DNA from: Ramazzottius varieornatus
Taxonomy: Eukaryota > Animalia > Tardigrada
Length of the DNA stretch: 64,000 bases
Direction: 5' to 3'
Assembly: GCA_001949185.1 (NCBI GenBank)
Contig: BDGG01000012.1
Coordinates: 116,973-180,972, forward strand
Part shown: one piece after another, positions 37,717 through 46,800 of the stretch
Layout of the letters: each line of letters begins with the position of its first letter
Numbering within the stretch: the first letter of the stretch is position 1
Position numbers and translations under genes: made by a program
The notes under the pieces: model-generated
The model's database searches: none
Told to the model about the DNA's origin: nothing
What the model saw: the letters and a program-made list of their open reading frames with translations, nothing else

Positions 37717-37881
37717 TCACACCTGCATTCTCAAAGAACTCTACACACGAAGCCAGCCTCACCTTGATCTTCCATCGCCTCAAGGATGCCGTTGCCCTCC
37801 AAAGCAATATCTGCAAAGACACATAGAACAGTAGTAACCAAAAATCACCACCGGTGAGATTCCTCAGAGAATCACAATGTT

Positions 37882-37943
37882 TCAGATTAGGTAAGGAAGA
37901 GTGTCGCCACATTTCATCTGAACTAGAAGCAATCATTCATCAT
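37882..37943 (-). ncRNA. Box C/D snoRNA, 28S guide
   Basis: C ATGATGA, D' ATGA, D CTGA; D guide ttccttaccta pairs with 28S UAGGUAAGGGA (1 G-U). Confidence 0.75.
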
Positions 37944-38107
37944 ACCAGCACAGAGAACCCCGAGTTCCTCAATATGAAACTCACCTTACATCCAAAGGCC
38001 CATCGATCGCGACGCTATCAAGGTTGCCACACCCAAAGTCTGAAAACACAATACCATGTTTAAGTTATCCACAACGACATTTCGAGAAAAAAGTTCCTCC
38101 AGTCAAG

Positions 38108-38164
38108 TCAGACCCAAAGGTTGTAATCACACTTCAGAACGAGTAGGAGAAAGTTTGTCATCCT
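38108..38164 (-). ncRNA. Box C/D snoRNA, 28S guide
   Basis: C AGGATGA, D' CTGA, C' GTGATTA, D CTGA; guide ctcctactcgt complementary to 28S ACGAGUAGGAG. Confidence 0.78.
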
Positions 38165-38321
38165 ATTTCATCAAGGAAACAACGGCGCGTTAAAACAGTC
38201 TGACACCTACCTCCACTTTCCGCCCAGGCTCTCCATTCAACCACTTCCAACCTGCAACAGGCGACCGAAAGCCGATTTTCAATTACCAAACCAATTCGCT
38301 CTATGGCGGATATCAGACGAG

Positions 38322-38381
38322 TCAGAGAGAGAGCGAAACATGATATCAACAATGAATTCAGTCGGAAGCCTCAATCATCAT
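38322..38381 (-). ncRNA. Box C/D snoRNA, target not assigned
   Basis: C ATGATGA, D' CTGA, D CTGA, 70 nt from the 3' splice site. Confidence 0.65.
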
Positions 38382-38495
38382 CCCCGTCAACCTCCAAACT
38401 ATCTTCGATTTTTACCTGTCCAGAGATCCTCTAGACAGTTCTCTCATAGTTTTGAGCTTTTCGAAATTCCGTCTGGCACTCCTACAAGAAAAGAA

Positions 38496-38641
38496 CCTTC
38501 GCTTGACTATATCAGCGCGTATTGAGGCAGACATGATCAGAAACGATCCATCCTACCACACCCGATCGTTCTGACTAGACTTTACTCTGCTTCCCGCGAC
38601 GACCTCGGGCCACAACAGGACCATTGGTGCTTAAGGGAAGC
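38496..38641 (-). ncRNA. Possible H/ACA-type intronic RNA
   Basis: Hairpin gcttccc/gggaagc (38589-38641), then H box AGAGTA, then hairpin tcagaacgatc/gatcgtttctga; ACA box not clear. Confidence 0.35.
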
Positions 38642-38788
38642 CTTCGTTGCTCAAACACCCAACAGATACACCAGCTCCGTCAACCTACCATTCAACACAG
38701 GACGCGGTCCACATCCCAGCTCTAGAAGCAACCAAATTGTAAAACACTACCGCACACAACTCTGGATTTCTCTTCAAACGGCAAAAAG

Positions 38789-38856
38789 TCAGACAATTTC
38801 ATCCGAGTCCTTTTATCCACATATCTTCAGCCTGGGGCGGAACATTTCAACATCAT
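38789..38856 (-). ncRNA. Box C/D snoRNA, U31/snR67-like (28S P-loop Gm)
   Basis: C ATGATGT, D' CTGA, D CTGA; guide atgttccgccccag versus 28S CUGGGGCGGUACAU; D'+5 falls on the second G. Confidence 0.85.
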
Positions 38857-39014
38857 TCAACCTTCTAGCTCATCTTCACTGAATATTCTCTCAAACCTGC
38901 CTTCAATTTCTTCGCCTTCATCCAAGACCTTCTTTCCAAATCGATACTGCAAATACAGAAAAGATTCAGTCATGATTACAAACAGTGCCTGTTCACGCAT
39001 GATTCAAATCAGAC

Positions 39015-39084
39015 TCAGATGGAATTATTCCAACGACACTCATCAACATTAGTCAGTTCGCCCGTCGCAGGGTATCGTCATCGA
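39015..39084 (-). ncRNA. Box C/D snoRNA, U43/snR70-like (18S Cm1703/Cm1639 site)
   Basis: C TCGATGA, D' CTGA, C' TGATGA, D CTGA; guide gcgacgggcg complementary to 18S CGCCCGUCGC. Confidence 0.83.
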
Positions 39085-39246
39085 AAGATCTCAAGTGAAC
39101 AATTACAACACAAATCTTAAGCTGACCTTCTCTAAAAGCCCGTCGTAATGTGACCGCAAGTGTCCATCTCGAACCTGAAAGATAACAGCCAGTCAACCAC
39201 ATACAACAGACGCTCTCACGCTCATTACCGTATGTCAGCTGTCTTG

Positions 39247-39315
39247 TCAGAAACACGGACCAACGTGTAATGTTTGGTCAACAAGGAAGATTTAGTATTG
39301 CAGGAAGATCATCAT
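39247..39315 (-). ncRNA. Box C/D snoRNA, U18-like (28S Am)
   Basis: C ATGATGA, D CTGA; 13-nt guide ttggtccgtgttt complementary to 28S AAACACGGACCAA. Confidence 0.88.
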
Positions 39316-39493
39316 TCATAGACCTCATCAAAGAATTTCAAACAACGACAGTGCTGACTTGACTTACCATCAGGCAAAACGAGGATCGTTTCCGGCAACT
39401 TAAGCCCATCCGTTTCCTGCAAAAGACCCAACCCCATGTCTCAGAAACGCAGCAGTCCAAAGTCACTTTGACAGAAAAGCGTTCGTACGAAAA

Positions 39494-39554
39494 TCAGAAA
39501 ACCAGTATCGGCAGCAATTATACGATTGAAAAGCACTTATGAGTTGATCATCCC
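39494..39554 (-). ncRNA. Box C/D snoRNA, 28S guide in the U26/U81 target region
   Basis: C GGGATGA, D CTGA; guide aagtgcttttcaa versus 28S UUGAAAAG(C/A)ACUU; D' degenerate. Confidence 0.6.
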
Positions 39555-39735
39555 TCTTCCATTCCCCAGAAAAAAAACCGGCATAGACTACAACTTGGCT
39601 TACGTTCAAGTCTTGCTCGTCAACCCCAGTCCATCGAACGAAGGCCGAGACCGTTCCTTTCTGAAACCAAGGAGCTCTTGTCATTGTCAAAACCTGTCGC
39701 ATAACTGCTAGTTTTCCGAAATGTTTCCACTGGCA

Positions 39736-39811
39736 TCAGAAATTTATCAAGTTATGTAATCAGTTTCGTCTCATACGGGGAAAGAAGACAAAAATATTGG
39801 TTTCTCATCCG
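39736..39811 (-). ncRNA. Box C/D snoRNA, snR190/SNORD12-like (28S)
   Basis: C CGGATGA, D' ATGA, C' TGATTA, D CTGA; 14-nt guide gtcttctttccccg complementary to 28S CGGGGAAAGAAGAC. Confidence 0.85.
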
Positions 39812-39979
39812 TCACCTCCCAGGAAAGGGTCAACACAAGCCATCACACTCACCTGCACGCTCCTGTTTCTCGTCTCAGCCCACCACACGCGCTTCCTAGA
39901 CTTCATGCAAAACAGCCAAAAATCAAGCCAGATCACGACAAAAATCCCACGAAATGCTTCAGAAGATTCTCACAAAGCT

Positions 39980-40049
39980 TCAGACAAAACAGAACAGACA
40001 ACTGTTGTTAACAGCAGCAATGGTCAGTCGGGGACATTCTTGTCATCCT
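39980..40049 (-). ncRNA. Box C/D snoRNA, probable 18S guide
   Basis: C AGGATGA, D' CTGA, D CTGA; guide gaatgtccccg pairs with 18S CGGGGGCAUUC (1 G-U). Confidence 0.68.
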
Positions 40050-40215
40050 TGAAACCGCCAAACCTTCACCAAACCAAGCTCAAGAAAAGCTCACCTTTGT
40101 CTGCCGCAGAGGACGAGTTATCGTAGTCATTCGTCACCCCTTAAAAAGAACAAGAAGACTTCAGCAATAATTACTGGGTGCGAAGACGTCGGAAAATCAT
40201 GGAAAATCTAATGAG

Positions 40216-40267
40216 TCAGGCTGGTAGTGTCAACAATGATTTCTGAAGCAGAACTGTTTTTCATCCC
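40216..40267 (-). ncRNA. Candidate box C/D snoRNA, boundaries and target uncertain
   Basis: C GGGATGA and CTGA 76 nt from the 3' splice site; an alternative D box lies at 40161; a palindromic element sits just upstream. Confidence 0.45.
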
Positions 40268-40290
40268 GTCAGGAAGATTTAGTATAAACA

Positions 40291-40410
40291 GGATGCCGGT
40301 AAACGATGTCCCGCGAAGGTTTTTCTAGTGGCGTACGCTTACTTTGCTAATGCCCGAGAGCGTGCGTCACTTGGGAAAACGATCTGTGCGAATTCATTTG
40401 CCGACGTCCC
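40291..40410. mobile_element. Palindromic family A (snoRNA host gene intron)
   Basis: agtggcgtacgct...agcgtgcgtcacttgggaaaacgatctg...tttgccgacgtccc. Confidence 0.7.
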
Positions 40411-40549
40411 AGATGTACAAAAATTTCCCACAATTTACCTCGTCATGCTTTGCCTCCAAGAAACCATGGTCCACTTCTGTAAAAGAGACCAGAAAGTAGC
40501 CGCAAGAAAAAGCGAGAATTTTGTCGCTAACTGTTTGTAAATTTTCGAG

Positions 40550-40608
40550 TCAGCGTTGGTGAAGTAAGCATCAAATCGATCAGTCCATCTAGTAGCTTTT
40601 TACATCAT
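40550..40608 (-). ncRNA. Box C/D snoRNA, 28S guide
   Basis: C ATGATGT, D' CTGA, C' TGATGC, D CTGA; 13-nt guide agctactagatgg complementary to 28S CCAUCUAGUAGCU. Confidence 0.83.
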
Positions 40609-40799
40609 CCAAAATTCTTGTAATCATCTCTCTGCTCTAGGCGAAATGCAGTGAACTTACCGTGGATTACTGGAGCTTCGCAAATTTGTTGGAACTTCAC
40701 CAGAATCCGCCTGCCATAATTCGGAAATAAATTAATATCACGAACTAAACTTAGCGATGTCTGTCTACACTGGAAATTGAATTAACCGAGGGATCGCCA

Positions 40800-40866
40800 T
40801 CAGATGAAGAAATGAGACGTCACAACAAATCAGACATATGCTTGTCAAAGATTTTCTGATCATCAC
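40800..40866 (-). ncRNA. Box C/D snoRNA, U27/snR74-like (18S Am27/28) with a second U36-like 28S guide
   Basis: C GTGATGA, D' CTGA, D CTGA; guide gacaagcatatg versus 18S CAUAUGCUUGUC; D guide atttcttca versus 28S UGAAGAAAU. Confidence 0.88.
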
Positions 40867-41058
40867 GGAAGAGCGTTCCTTCGTTCAAGAACAAGCTTCT
40901 GAAACAAAGCGAGACTTACTGCGGACGGTGCCCTAGTTGAAACTTGGAGAGGAAGTGGGATACGTCATCCTGCGCAACCAAGCCGCTCCTGAAAATAATC
41001 GATTCAGTTCTGTTTCTGATCCAGCAAAATCAAGAAACTTTTTTCTAGGATGGTCTTT

Positions 41059-41114
41059 TCAGTCAAGCTTGTCGTCACTTTCTATCGGACAATGTGATTT
41101 CATTTGAGCATCAT
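41059..41114 (-). ncRNA. Box C/D snoRNA, 28S guide
   Basis: C ATGATGC, D' CCGA, C' GTGACGA, D CTGA; guide gaaatcacattg complementary to 28S CAAUGUGAUUUC. Confidence 0.8.
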
Positions 41115-41289
41115 TAAAAAGCAACCGAACAAAAAGTCCAGCCGAATAACTGCATGATTCTTACGTATGCGGTTTGCTCTGTCAATATTCATCTCTCGCG
41201 GCTATCCAGACCTAGAAATCAACATAAGTAAGAGCTTTACAGAATTGAAGGTCACATTGAGAGCTGCCGAAAGGGTTCTGGAGAGTGGT

Positions 41290-41354
41290 TCAGTGAAACT
41301 AATCATCAAGAAGGCAGAAAACTGACTGTCAGACGAACGAGACAAACTCATCAA
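41290..41354 (-). ncRNA. Box C/D snoRNA, 18S Am1383-type guide (U30-like)
   Basis: C TTGATGA, D' CTGA, C' TTGATGA, D CTGA; guide gtctcgttcgt versus 18S ACGAACGAGAC; external stem gggttctggagag/ctctcaagaaccc. Confidence 0.85.
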
Positions 41355-41579
41355 CACCGGCAACCTCTCAAGAACCCGGTCGCTAATTCTAGTCTAGCAT
41401 ACAACAGATTTCCCTTACCAATTTCCGGCGAGGTCGTATTGTATCTCCTGCAAAGCCTCCAGCTGGACCTGAGAAGTGAAAGGCACAGTTACTCGTACAT
41501 AAAGTAAAAATGGGGCCGGTTGCGCAACCGTCTTTCTCAAGCGAAATGTCGGTTAGGAGGATCACGAATCCGGCAGCAA

Positions 41580-41639
41580 TCAGATTGAGATTAGTTTGTC
41601 CTCAATGTTTCTTTGGAACAGGTCTGTGTTGATCATCAT
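41580..41639 (-). ncRNA. Box C/D snoRNA, U25/snR56-like (18S Gm1490/Gm1428 site)
   Basis: C ATGATGA, D CTGA; guide cacagacctgtt versus 18S AACAGGUCUGUG; perfect 10-bp external stem atccggcagc/gctgccggat. Confidence 0.88.
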
Positions 41640-41830
41640 GCGCTGCCGGATCTCTCCTCGACGACGAAAGCAATCTCGTATGTCGCAGCTTACCTTCGTC
41701 AGGCTGTCGTCGTGATGCAGCATTCCTTTCTCCGTTTCCTGCGCTTCTCGTCAAGCTGGGACGTGGAGAACAACCTGAAATAGACAGCATGTACGCGTAC
41801 TACGCGTATGTTCTCAAGCGAGACCACAAG

Positions 41831-41842
41831 TTTTGAAGAGCC
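41831..41842 (-). promoter_or_regulatory. TCT/5'TOP-like initiator of the snoRNA host gene
   Basis: ggCTCTTCaaaa, similar to gaCTTTTCaaaa (48616-48621, RpL26) and ttCTCTTCgaag (51207-51212, RpL23A). Confidence 0.5.
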
Positions 41843-42297
41843 AAAGTCTGCGGAGAAGAAAACTGGAAAACTGGAAAACTGGAAATGCCGATTTGGCTCA
41901 CTTGGGCCGGGACGACTGGAAAATTTTTCAGCCGTTCGGCCGTTCCGATTTCAGTTTCAAATCTCAAGAATACGGAACAATAAGAACGTTCAGAACAGTC
42001 AGCTGAGTAAGAGAAAGCGCATGATGCTTTGATTGCCCAGTCTGTTGATTGACTGGAACTGAAATTTTGATCTGGCGTTTCCTGAGCTGTTCATTTTTTG
42101 AGTTTTAAATTTTCCATAATTTTTGTCTTCCCCCAAAAACCATCCTTCCTGCGCCGTTACTCGCTCGACTCCAGATATTATTGGTTAAGTGGTGCATTTG
42201 AGCAACAGCCGTGACAGGTTGCGTGCGTAGCAGGGTTCGCTCTTCGTATTTTGCAGGTTGAGTGTTTGCGATCGGAGCTACCATCTGATTCCTCAGC

Positions 42298-43130
42298 ATG
42301 ACCACCAACTACCTAACCACCCGTGCCATCTCCCATCGCGAGCAAGTCTGCGCACTGTACAAGAAAGCCGTCCGTACCATGGAAGCTTATTGGGTTATAC
42401 GGTAAGTCAATGTCCAGCCGCAATATAGCTGCTTACTGGGAGCAGCAAAGTCAACGTGATATTCTCGTTGTTTTGCTGCAGACATACGAATTTCCTTCGT
42501 GATTCCGAGTGTTGCAGAGCTAAAACGGTTTGTGCTTGCAGGGCGGATGTGCGGTATCAAGCGGTCATGATGCGACATCGCTTCGACCAGAACAAGGACA
42601 TCAAAGATATGCGAATTGCTGTGAAGCTGCTGAGAGACGGAGAGGAAGAGCTCTTCATGAACCAGCATCCCATACCGTTTCAATGTCAGAAAATTCCATC
42701 TTCTTACGCTTTTTTCTGAAGCTGAGATGTTCCTTTAAAGCGCGAAACTTGCTGCTTTATTCCAGACCAATATTCTCCCGGTGGTTCGGCTTACGGCCGA
42801 GTGCCCTACAAACCAGACTGGGTACGATTATTTCCCAAAAAATTCCATTTCCGCCCTTAAATCTGAAAGCTTCATTTGGATTATGATTGTATTCTAACGT
42901 TTTAGCTGGTGGACAGCTGGCATCCACTCGAGAAGGCTTCCTATCCCAAATACTTTGCTCAAAGAGAAAAGAGGAAGGATGAATGGGTCAAGTACTGGGA
43001 GGATCATTACAACAAGGGCCAGAAGTTCGACGATCATGAACCTGAGTGGCATGGGAACTGGGATGAGAAACTTCCTGGTGAGAAAGTCGGATTAGATCCC
43101 CACAAGAAAGTCAAACCGCATCATCATTAA
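42298..43130 (+). CDS. NDUFB9: NADH dehydrogenase 1 beta subcomplex subunit 9 (LYR family)
   Basis: SHREQVCALYKKAVR, MRHRFDQNKDIKD, QHPIPF, WHPLEKASYPKYFAQREKRK. Confidence 0.92.
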
Positions 43131-43463
43131 TCCAAACGACATCTACCAACTGTGTATAAATCAGCAAGTATGTCTTATCACTGTGATTAGTCTAGTTTAA
43201 TCGCATGTTTTCAAAGCGGAATTGGCTGTGAAAAGACGGAAATTTATTCTTTAATATTATAGCCAAGCTTGAAGTTTGCTGTGTACTTTGCCGTTGAAGA
43301 ACATAAACTTCCAACTGATGAGTTTCGTTCGGACAAGTAATAGGAGCCTTTTCGGATTCGACGCTTCACACGAAGGTCGATGGATGTCGAGTACTGTAAC
43401 ACATTCTCGGACAGTTTTCTATCATATCACAGAAAGATTACGGTGAACTGCAACTGCTTGATC

Positions 43464-44878
43464 TTATTCCGAATCTGAACTGCTGCCATATCCCGACATC
43501 GCAGTCGGGGTTATCCGGGGGCCCGGCTGTTTGCTGTCGGGCTCTGCTTGAGTCGGACCGCTGCCGTCTTTGGCGAGAACCTCGGGGCTAGTGGTTTCCT
43601 CATCGGTCGAACTCGGTCTGACAATAGCATCCATGGGTCAGCAACAACACGCACCCATAAATGAAAACTACTGTAGCTGCTTCCAACATAATCGTTACTG
43701 TACGAGTACCTCTTGAGGCGAACTGCCGAAGCTAAAAGTTCCTTCTGCGACTTCTTCTTAGGAAGGTCCGCTGTCACGGAAGTGCTCGGAGGATCCTTTC
43801 TTTTGCCGGCTACTGATGAACTCGCTACGGAAGAGCCAGAGGGTATCGAACTGGACTGAAGGATCGCTGCTTTCTCCTATCGGGAAGGAAAGAAACTTGC
43901 GAACAATTCAACTTTGAACGTACAGGTTCCCATTCGGCTTTTGACTTTATATGATACCTTAAATTCCCGCAAAGCTGCCTTTTCTTCCGCTATTTTATCG
44001 CGCTCCATCTTCGTGTAGATGTCGTCTAACTAGCATACAGACATATCATTGTAATTAAAGTTCTAAACGTCCCATGAACTTAAAGTTTGTCCCACCTGAT
44101 CAAGGAACTCCACTTCGTCGTGTTCAAGGCCGCGCACGAAGTTTTCTGCAAAACAAAAGCTTATGCATGGCAGTTTATCACGGTGAGGTACGATTCAGCG
44201 GATCGAAGTGGCTCACTTACTCATTTTCTTCGCTTCGTCCTTCTCTTCCTGCTCCAGTGCCTTCTTTGCCTGCAAGCGATCGTATAAAGTCCTGTTGTCG
44301 ACGGGTACTTCTGGCGCTTCTGCAAAGGGAGCGGGCTTAGAGTCTTAGACTAACGTACTTTACAAGGGTCACAGAAACCTGATATTGCTTTCATATTATT
44401 TTCGAAAAGCACGCTACCGGATATGGGAGCTTTGGTCTTTAGTCTTTACGCATTATTACCACTGCCGAAGTATTGTTGNNNNNNNNNNNNNNNNNNNNNN
44501 NNNNNNNNNNNNNNNNNNNNNNNNNNNNTATCACATAAAATATCACTGAAGAAAGCGAAATGGCGTAGAAACACTTGTTGCAAGTGTACGAGGTAAACAG
44601 CTGGTTGCACCGGAAGTACCAATCAAGCCCTTTGATTGTACCGCCTTACGATCCCGCCCGGATTATCGATTGATTGATTTGCCACTTTTACAACAATACT
44701 TCGGCAATGGTATATCACGGGCGAACCGTTTGAAGCATTCAACAAACTTACCTAAAGGCTCGTCTGGTTTTCGCACTTTCTCCCATTCTTGCTGTCGTAC
44801 CTTGCGCTTCTCCTCAATTTCGGTTTCGGTGACAAATGACTTGAATTGTTCTTTAGGGACACTACCGCCGAAACTCAT
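43464..44878 (-). CDS. PSME3IP1: PSME3-interacting protein (FAM192A/NIP30)
   Basis: FVTETEIEEKRKVRQQEWEKVRKPDEP; RTLYDRL; KNFVRGLEHDEVEFL; C-terminal GYGSSSDSE. Confidence 0.88.
44459..44710. mobile_element. TA-flanked MITE family B, copy 1 (intronic, contains an N gap)
   Basis: TA-ccactgccgaagtattgt...acaatacttcggcaatgg-TA; right arm nearly identical to 45781-45858. Confidence 0.8.
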
Positions 44879-45549
44879 TGTGGAAGATTACACGAAAGTG
44901 AGAAAGCCTGGATGTGCCGATGTATCGTGATTATTGTCCTCCAGAACTGCAAAAGTCATCATACAAGAAGCTGTCACAGTCAAATCCATAATATCATCAG
45001 AAAGACGGTTCATAAAGTTTTGTCCACAACAGGCAATCTTGTCCGAAGGCGTCACAACGCTCACTCAGCTCTGAGACACCTCTATAGGGAAAATAAATAG
45101 CCGGAAGTTCGAAACGCTCAGAATACCGCAATCGGTCGTTAGTCTCGCTGCAGTCTAACGCTACTCGACTAGTATTTCGACGCTACTGGATACTAGCTCC
45201 CATTCAAGTTACGCGCTTTCTTATCCGTCTATAGGACGATCTGAAAATGGGATTTCTTATACCCGTGGTATGGGCGTCAAAACCTTCATTGAGAAGCAAT
45301 TCATCCACCTACGGGCTTTAGATTTTCCAAGGCTCTAGCACTGGATCCCAGATACCGTCCTTGAATCGTACAGCTTGCCCGTCAGTTGGGATACTCCAGA
45401 ACCCACAATGAGACCAGGGGGAGTAAGACGCAAGTACGATGAAGAGTCTTCCTGAAGACAAACCGTTCCAACTTCAATCTGAAAGAGTCTAGAGTCTCAA
45501 CGAGATCCACAAAATAAATTCCGAAAAGGAAATCGACAGTAGTACAGTA

Positions 45550-45858
45550 CCATTGCCGAAGTATTGTGGTAAAAGTGGCAAATCAATCAATCGACAATCC
45601 GGGCGGGATCGNNNNNNNNNNNNNNNNNNNNNNNNNNNNNNNNNNNNNNNNNNNNNNNNNNGTACAATGGAAAAGCGGATTGAAGATCTTTTGCTCAATA
45701 ACGGTTTGCGAACCAAGTGGTGATTCTGAGATAACTGGATGTTGGGCTGTAATTTCCAGTAAAGTACTAATCAAGACCTCTGATTGTACCGCCTTACGAC
45801 CCCGCCCGGATTGTCGATTGATTGATTTGCCACTTTTACAACAATACTTCGGCAATGG
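45550..45858. mobile_element. TA-flanked MITE family B, copy 2 (TIR >60 bp, contains an N gap)
   Basis: ccattgccgaagtattgtggtaaaagtggcaaatcaatcaatcgacaatccgggcggg is inverted at ~45800-45858. Confidence 0.85.
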
Positions 45859-46154
45859 TACAGCGATGGACGGGTGATTTACTCAGCCTGATGTCGAAAA
45901 TTACGAAATTGGCAGTTATAACCTGCCCAGAACATGTTCAACGGGCGGTTTTGTCATCATTGCGCAACTTCTACCTCTGCTGAACAGAAGACCCGATGTT
46001 CGAACAACATTGAGAACGGTATTTTTCATATAACAAACTTTGATCGAGTGATTACCGTTCCTAAGTTGGACTGCACTTAATGTTGCGAAGCCGTTCTGTG
46101 TTTTGATTAATTCACTGAGCATATCACCCGTCCGTCGCTGGTACAGTACAAGTA

Positions 46155-46318
46155 CACTTGCCTGGCCTAAATGTGGGGATGGACAAAAATATGGGGAACG
46201 GAGCGGAAGCGACACGGGCCAGCTGTGGTTGACCAATCAATCGAAACAATCGAAGCACAGTCGCTTTCGCTCCGTTACCCACACTTTTGTCCATCCCCAC
46301 ATTTAGGCCAGGCGCGTG
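46155..46318. mobile_element. TA-flanked MITE family C (~58-bp TIRs)
   Basis: gcctggcctaaatgtggggatggacaaaa...ttttgtccatccccacatttaggccaggc; TA at both ends. Confidence 0.8.
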
Positions 46319-46800
46319 TACTGTACCCATCGGTGGCTGCGCCACAGAATCTTCAGCTGTGTTATTTTAATCATTATAATAGGAAATCGATTTTAATAAT
46401 TAAAATCGTTTTAATTGTGCGGGCTGGTCTTTGTTTGATTGATTGATTCACAATAGGAAATCGAATTTTAATTTTAATAATTGAAATTCGTCAGCGATAA
46501 TTCATGTTACTTACAGTCAGCCGATCACGTAGACTTAACATTAGCACGTGACTTTTAATGATTTTAATTGCATAGTAAAATAACACTGATCTTCGGACCA
46601 GCACCTGGCTGTAGGAAGTGACTGCGCTAGGTGGCCACTCAACTGCTTGGCGCTGCCGAGCGTGCTGCGGTCTTGTGATTTCGAGAAAGTGATCAAATCA
46701 ACGGCTGGCACAGGAGGCCACTTTCCCAGCTGACACTGCTTACGGCTAGGGGCTGGTCTGAAGATTCTATTGCGCGGCCACCCATGACTGTACCAGACTA

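Larger units (their letters stand above)
36480..41840 (-). ncRNA. Non-coding multi-exon snoRNA host gene (UHG/SNHG1/GAS5 type); 3' end approximate
   Basis: About 22 exons, internal ones 33-69 nt, with canonical GT-AG sites; 21 introns of ~160-300 nt, 20 with C/D box candidates; exon 37514-37561 has stops in all three frames; TCT/TOP-like start. Confidence 0.88.

Noticed and set aside
36750-41630. rRNA gene fragments on the + strand
   Set aside because: Matches are only 9-14 nt and sit beside D/D' boxes on the opposite strand, so they are antisense guides, not rDNA.
36640-41780. Protein-coding micro-exon gene or array of mutually exclusive exons
   Set aside because: Some neighbouring exons join in frame, but phases are inconsistent overall. 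Exon 37514-37561 has stops in all three frames, and the conserved signal lies in the introns (snoRNA boxes and guides).
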